Positions 36,528 through 40,875 of a stretch of 40,875 nucleotides of DNA are shown here, piece by piece; positions within the stretch are counted from its first letter, which is position 1; each line of letters opens with the position of its first letter. Source of the DNA: Escherichia phage vB_EcoP-R1. The translations under genes and the position numbers were made by a program. The notes under the pieces were generated by a model, which did no database searches, had not been told where the DNA came from, and saw nothing but the letters and a program-made list of their open reading frames with translations. The DNA lies in the sequence record OQ703102.1; one strand, given 5' to 3'.

Positions 36528-36800
36528 ATGGCTATTACTGCTATTGAAAACGTTGTTAAGCAGTTACAGGAAGAAAGACTTGATGTCCCGAACATCTCAC
36601 AGTCTGCTATCCAGTTCCTGCACGTATTGTTCAACGCAAGCTACGCTGAGAAGATGGGAGCTATCAGTCTCCTCAAGCAGCAAGGCTACAGCGATGCGTT
36701 CATTGCCGGGTTCATCAAGGGTCTCCAGTATTGTTCTGACACTCTCGACTCTGCGATTGCTATGCGTCGTGAGCTGAAAGATACCGTTCAGTTTGATTAA
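36528..36800 (+). CDS. gp6.5-position protein
   Basis: 90 aa; RBS AAAGAGGAG; assigned by position. Confidence 0.5.
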   Translation: MAITAIENVVKQLQEERLDVPNISQSAIQFLHVLFNASYAEKMGAISLLKQQGYSDAFIAGFIKGLQYCSDTLDSAIAMRRELKDTVQFD

Positions 36801-36814
36801 CTGTAGGAGGGACT

Positions 36815-37039
36815 ATGTGTTTCAGTCCGAAGATTAGCACTCCGAAGCCTTCGGTCCAAGCACCTGAACCAGCACCTCTGAGTGAGGAAGTTGCGTCAGT
36901 TGACATCGGGGCTGAATCAGATGTGGACACCAACGAGACCCAAGGTATCAAAGACCTGAAGGTCAAGAAGGAGTCTGCACCTAAAGATAAATCGTCAGTT
37001 AGCCGCGCCATGCGAGCCTCTGGCGTCAACATGGGGTAA
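36815..37039 (+). CDS. 6.7: gp6.7-like virion protein
   Basis: 74 aa; N-terminal MCFSPKI.TPK and EPAPL motif resemble T7 gp6.7. Confidence 0.7.
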   Translation: MCFSPKISTPKPSVQAPEPAPLSEEVASVDIGAESDVDTNETQGIKDLKVKKESAPKDKSSVSRAMRASGVNMG

Positions 37040-37043
37040 GACA

Positions 37044-37448
37044 ATGCTACCATATCTCAACTCACGCGAAGGTCGCCATATGTGCGCTTGTCGCCTCTGG
37101 GAAGACGGGCAGTCTAACTTCAAGTCATTCGAGGACTTCAAGGCTCATACTTACCGTATGGCTGACGAGTTCGACGGTGAAGAATACACAATCTACGATG
37201 CCTCAGGTCAACCAGTAGCGTATCTCTACATGCTGGCTACCGCATCTTGGCACCGACCGACTCCCGGTCTTGACCTTTCAATAGTCGCTATTCGTCGTGA
37301 CTCGCAGTCCTCCCGCAAGGTTCTTGAGACTGTCAGACACATCATAGACGAAGAGTGCAAGCGTTGGGGTCTTGGCTGGTATTCTCGTGTCAAGCATGTT
37401 TCCGGGTCGGTAGACATCGTAACAACTAAGGAGATTAATCGTGGGTAA
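37044..37448 (+). CDS. gp7-position protein
   Basis: 134 aa (T7 gp7 133 aa); assigned by position and size. Confidence 0.5.
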   Translation: MLPYLNSREGRHMCACRLWEDGQSNFKSFEDFKAHTYRMADEFDGEEYTIYDASGQPVAYLYMLATASWHRPTPGLDLSIVAIRRDSQSSRKVLETVRHIIDEECKRWGLGWYSRVKHVSGSVDIVTTKEINRG

Positions 37449-37689
37449 ATCAATCAGTAAGGCCTTCAAGAAAGTGGTGAAAAGTACGTTAGGGACCGTT
37501 GGTCTTGGCTCTGATGACGCGCCTAAGGTTGTTGAGGCTAAGACCCCAGCAGCACCAGTGGAAGTACCGAACGACAAAGTGGAGGATGTGGATACTGAAG
37601 CAACCGCATCTGATGAGAAGAAAGTGAAGCGTTCCGGTAAGCGTAGCCTTCAGGTCTCTCGCACCTCTGGTGGCGGTATTTCTATATGA
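37441..37689 (+). CDS. 7.3: gp7.3-like tail/virion protein
   Basis: 82 aa, Lys/Ala/Val-rich, ends ...RSLQVSRTSGGGISI (T7 gp7.3 ends similarly as I recall); GTG start. Confidence 0.65.
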   Translation: MGKSISKAFKKVVKSTLGTVGLGSDDAPKVVEAKTPAAPVEVPNDKVEDVDTEATASDEKKVKRSGKRSLQVSRTSGGGISI

Positions 37690-38102
37690 CAGGGTGCATC
37701 GAGTGGAAGTGGGCCAAATCCTCAGCAGGATACGGGCAGAAGCGTATAGACGGTAAGTTAGTGTATATGCACCGACTCGCTTACGCCGATGCACATGGGC
37801 CAATACCAGACGGAATGCTCGTCCGTCATAAGTGTGATAATCCAGCATGTTTTAACGTAAACCACTTAGAGTTAGGAACTCAGCGTGATAACATGCAGGA
37901 CGCCTCAAAGCGTGGTCGAGTCAATAAAACCAAAATGGCTAGAGGTGAGGACCAAGGGTTATCGGTTTTAACAGAAGACCTTGTTCGAGAAATCCGCAAG
38001 TCAACAGTAGGTTGTACAACACTGGCTCGTGAGCTGGGCGTTAGCAAGTCTACAGTTTTGCGGGTTCGCCAAGGTAAAACATGGAGGCACGTAGATGGCT
38101 GA
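37686..38102 (+). CDS. HNH endonuclease with C-terminal helix-turn-helix (gene 7.7 position)
   Basis: 138 aa; ...GYGQKRIDGKLVYMHRLAYADAHGPIPDGMLVRHKCDNPACFNVNHLELGTQRDN... HNH core; C-terminal ...TLARELGVSKSTVLRVRQGKTW is HTH-like. Confidence 0.75.
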   Translation: MTGCIEWKWAKSSAGYGQKRIDGKLVYMHRLAYADAHGPIPDGMLVRHKCDNPACFNVNHLELGTQRDNMQDASKRGRVNKTKMARGEDQGLSVLTEDLVREIRKSTVGCTTLARELGVSKSTVLRVRQGKTWRHVDG

Positions 38103-39663
38103 ACGTGAAGGATTTGCCGCTGAAGGCGCGAAGTCAGTTTATGATAGGCTGAAGAACGGACGACAACCTTACGAGACCAGAGCACAGAACTGCGCTGCCG
38201 TGACCATACCGTCGCTATTTCCGAAGGAATCTGATAACTCCTCGACGGAATATTCAACTCCGTGGCAAGCTGTAGGTGCTCGCTGTTTGAACAACTTGGC
38301 TGCAAAGCTGATGTTGGCATTATTCCCTCAGTCACCGTGGATGCGACTGACAGTCTCCGAATATGAGGCCAAGACCTTGAGTCAGGACTCAGAGGCTGCT
38401 GCTCGTGTTGACGAAGGGCTGGCTATGGTCGAGCGTGTGTTGATGGCCTACATGGAGACCAACAGTTTCCGTGTGCCATTGTTCGAAGCTCTGAAGCAGC
38501 TTATCGTCTCCGGTAACTGTCTGCTTTACATTCCAGAGCCTGAACAGGGTACTTACAGTCCTATGCGAATGTACCGCTTAGTGTCATACGTTGTTCAACG
38601 TGATGCTTTCGGTAATATCTTGCAGATTGTGACTCTCGACAAGGTAGCGTTTAGTGCTCTACCGGAAGACGTGAAGTCACAACTCAACGCAGACGACTAT
38701 GAGCCTGACACAGAGCTGGAAGTTTATACGCACATCTACCGTCAAGACGACGAGTATCTACGTTATGAGGAAGTGGAAGGCATTGAGGTAGCAGGGACCG
38801 ATGGTTCCTACCCACTGACTGCATGTCCATACATCCCGGTACGAATGGTTCGACTGGATGGTGAAGACTATGGTCGTTCTTACTGCGAGGAGTATCTGGG
38901 TGACCTGAACTCGCTGGAGACGATTACAGAAGCTATCACCAAAATGGCTAAGGTAGCCTCCAAGGTGGTGGGCCTCGTTAACCCGAACGGTATCACGCAA
39001 CCTCGTCGGCTGAACAAGGCGGCTACAGGTGAGTTCGTTGCCGGTCGCGTTGAGGACATCAACTTCCTGCAACTGACTAAGGGTCAGGACTTTACGATTG
39101 CCAAGTCGGTGGCTGACGCTATCGAGCAACGTTTAGGCTGGGCCTTCCTTCTTAATAGTGCTGTTCAGCGCAACGCCGAGCGAGTCACTGCTGAAGAGAT
39201 TCGTTATGTTGCTGGCGAACTGGAGGCGACCTTAGGTGGCGTGTACTCAGTACAATCCCAAGAGCTTCAGTTACCTATCGTCCGTGTGCTGATGAACCAA
39301 CTTCAGTCTGCTGGCATGATTCCTGACCTTCCGAAAGAAGCGGTAGAGCCTACTGTCTCCACTGGTCTGGAAGCGTTAGGTCGTGGTCAGGACTTGGAGA
39401 AGCTAACTCAGGCGGTTAACATGATGACTGGTCTTCAGCCGCTATCTCAGGACCCGGACATCAACTTGCCGACCCTTAAGCTACGACTCCTGAACGCTCT
39501 GGGTATCGACACCGCCGGCCTTCTGCTGACTCAGGACGAGAAGATGCAACGTATTGCTGAACAATCCGCTCAAGGAGCTGTGGTCAACGGTGCGTCTGCT
39601 GCTGGTGCTAACATGGGTGCTGCTGTAGGTCAGGGAGCTGGTGAGGACATGGCTCAAGCCTAA
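38095..39663 (+). CDS. 8: Portal / head-to-tail connector protein (gp8 homolog)
   Basis: 522 aa (T7 gp8 536 aa); conserved position between 7.7 and scaffold. Confidence 0.93.
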   Translation: MAEREGFAAEGAKSVYDRLKNGRQPYETRAQNCAAVTIPSLFPKESDNSSTEYSTPWQAVGARCLNNLAAKLMLALFPQSPWMRLTVSEYEAKTLSQDSEAAARVDEGLAMVERVLMAYMETNSFRVPLFEALKQLIVSGNCLLYIPEPEQGTYSPMRMYRLVSYVVQRDAFGNILQIVTLDKVAFSALPEDVKSQLNADDYEPDTELEVYTHIYRQDDEYLRYEEVEGIEVAGTDGSYPLTACPYIPVRMVRLDGEDYGRSYCEEYLGDLNSLETITEAITKMAKVASKVVGLVNPNGITQPRRLNKAATGEFVAGRVEDINFLQLTKGQDFTIAKSVADAIEQRLGWAFLLNSAVQRNAERVTAEEIRYVAGELEATLGGVYSVQSQELQLPIVRVLMNQLQSAGMIPDLPKEAVEPTVSTGLEALGRGQDLEKLTQAVNMMTGLQPLSQDPDINLPTLKLRLLNALGIDTAGLLLTQDEKMQRIAEQSAQGAVVNGASAAGANMGAAVGQGAGEDMAQA

Positions 39664-39681
39664 ACTATCACTATAGGAACT
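39659..39681 (+). promoter_or_regulatory. Phage RNAP promoter (phi9-like)
   Basis: CCTAAACTATCACTATAGGAACT overlapping the portal stop; +1 G at 39676. Confidence 0.8.
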
Positions 39682-39760
39682 TAGACAAGATTCACAAAGC
39701 ATTAGGCCGGGTGAGACTCCCGGTCGGTTCCTATCATCAACTTAAAAGGAGAATGACTCA

Positions 39761-40605
39761 ATGTCTCAATCAGTTTATGCCGAGTTCGGCGTTAGCTCTA
39801 ATGCAATCACTGGTTCCGTTGAGGACCTGAACGAACACCAGAAGTCTATGCTTGAACAGGACGTAGCTGTTCGTGATGGCGACGACGCTATTACTTTCAA
39901 GCAACTGGAAGCCGAAAACGAAGAGGCGACCGAAGAAGACGAGAACGTCGAAGAGACTGAAGGTGAAGAAGACCACGAGTCCGATGACGAAGAGTCTGAG
40001 ACCGATGGTGAGCAGCCTGAGTTCATCGAACTGGGTGATGCACCAAAAGAGCTGACCGAAAGTGTCACCGCTCTGGATGAAAACGAAGCTGCATTCGACG
40101 ACATGGTGTCTTCTGCTGTAGAAGCTGGCAAGGTCACTGCTGATGAAATTACCGCTATCAAGGCTGAATACGCCAAGGACGGTAAGCTGTCTGACGCATC
40201 CTACGCTAAGTTGCAGGAAGCAGGTTACACCAAGCGTTTCGTAGATTCGTTTGTCCGTGGTCAGGAAGCTCTTGCTGAACAGTATGCTGCTGGTGTGGTT
40301 CGCTACGCTGGTGGTGCTGAACAGTTTAATCGCATCCTGTCACACCTTGAGTCCAACGACCCGTCAACTCGTGAAGCACTGGAAGCTGCTATCGTTCGTA
40401 AGGACATTGCGACTACCAAAGCTCTGCTGAATCTGGCTGGCAAGACTCTGGGTAAAGCTGTAGGTGTTAAACCTCAGCGAACCATCACCACTCAGGCTAA
40501 ACCTGTGGTCGCACCTAAGGCTCCTCAGACCGAAGCATTCAGCTCCAAGGCTGACATGATTAAGGCTATGAGTGACCCGCGATACCTGCGTGACGCTAAG
40601 TACAC
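39761..40605 (+). CDS. 9: Scaffolding protein (gp9 homolog), 3-prime truncated and fused in-frame to non-phage sequence
   Basis: MSQSVYAEFGVSSNAITGSVEDL...VRDGDDAI..., acidic EEDE-rich region, ...FVRGQEALAEQY...AMSDPRY parallel T7 gp9; no stop codon, and after about 40605 the translation no longer looks like gp9. Confidence 0.85.
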
Positions 40606-40843
40606 GGTGTTTAGTTTTCAGGCTGGCGCACTGGCAGGTGTGCAAATTGTTTCACAAGCTGCAAAACGCAGTGCCGATGGCGAGCTGCTGTTAGCGACCC
40701 GTAACCGCTTGAGTAGTGTTGTTCCACTGTCGCCAGACGCCTGGCAAATGTTGAGCGCGCCGTTGCGCCAGCCGGGCATTGTGGCTTTGCGGGAATATTT
40801 ACGCCAGCGTCCCCCCGCCTGCATACGACCACTCAACCAGGTC
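40606..40843 (+). other. Unidentified non-phage, GC-rich coding-like fragment (probable bacterial chromosomal DNA) joined in-frame to gene 9
   Basis: Open + frame ...LAGVQIVSQAAKRSADGELLLATRNRLSSVVPLSPDAWQMLSAPLRQPGIVALREYLRQRP... with GC content clearly higher than the phage; I cannot assign it from sequence alone. Confidence 0.3.
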
Positions 40844-40875
40844 AGATCGGAAGAGCGTCGTGTAGGGAAAGAGTG
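40844..40875 (+). other. Illumina TruSeq adapter sequence (AGATCGGAAGAGCGTCGTGTAGGGAAAGAGTG)
   Basis: Exact 32-nt match to the standard Illumina adapter read-through sequence at the extreme 3-prime end of the window. Confidence 0.95.

Noticed and set aside
39775-40176. 133-aa Ser-rich minus-strand ORF antisense to the scaffold gene
   Set aside because: Low-complexity antisense translation of the acidic, GA-rich scaffold coding region; not a gene.

Overview
The window is essentially one complete genome of a T7-like podophage (Autographiviridae, T7/T3-type gene order), all genes on the + strand, but circularly permuted. It starts in the gene 10 leader (about 395) and ends inside gene 9 (about 40605). 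The sequence runs 10-11-12-13-14-15-16-17-holin-terS-Rz-terL, then the genome-end/terminal-repeat region and host-type early promoters (17.7-19.1 kb), then ocr-RNAP-ligase-SSB-endonuclease-amidase-primase/helicase-DNAP-exonuclease-portal-scaffold. The phage block is flanked by non-phage, higher-GC sequence: an internal fragment of a NikA-like solute-binding protein gene on the minus strand (1-394) and an unidentified open frame fused in-frame to truncated gene 9 (about 40606-40843). The last 32 nt (40844-40875) are an Illumina adapter, so I read the contig as a chimeric, adapter-contaminated assembly of a lytic phage, not an integrated element. No integrase, att site, tRNA or CRISPR array was seen. 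Phage-specific features supported by the sequence: ten copies of a phage-RNAP promoter (core AACTATCACTATAGG), T-phi-like and TE-like terminators, a GGTTTTC -1 frameshift site giving capsid 10B, conserved RNase III-like hairpins, a tailspike with a pectate-lyase-type domain plus a C-terminal self-cleaving chaperone domain, three HNH endonucleases, no gene 0.7 kinase, an Ocr homolog with a C-terminal extension, and several small accessory ORFs of unknown function. All homology statements come from reading the translations against remembered T7 proteins; no database search was run.
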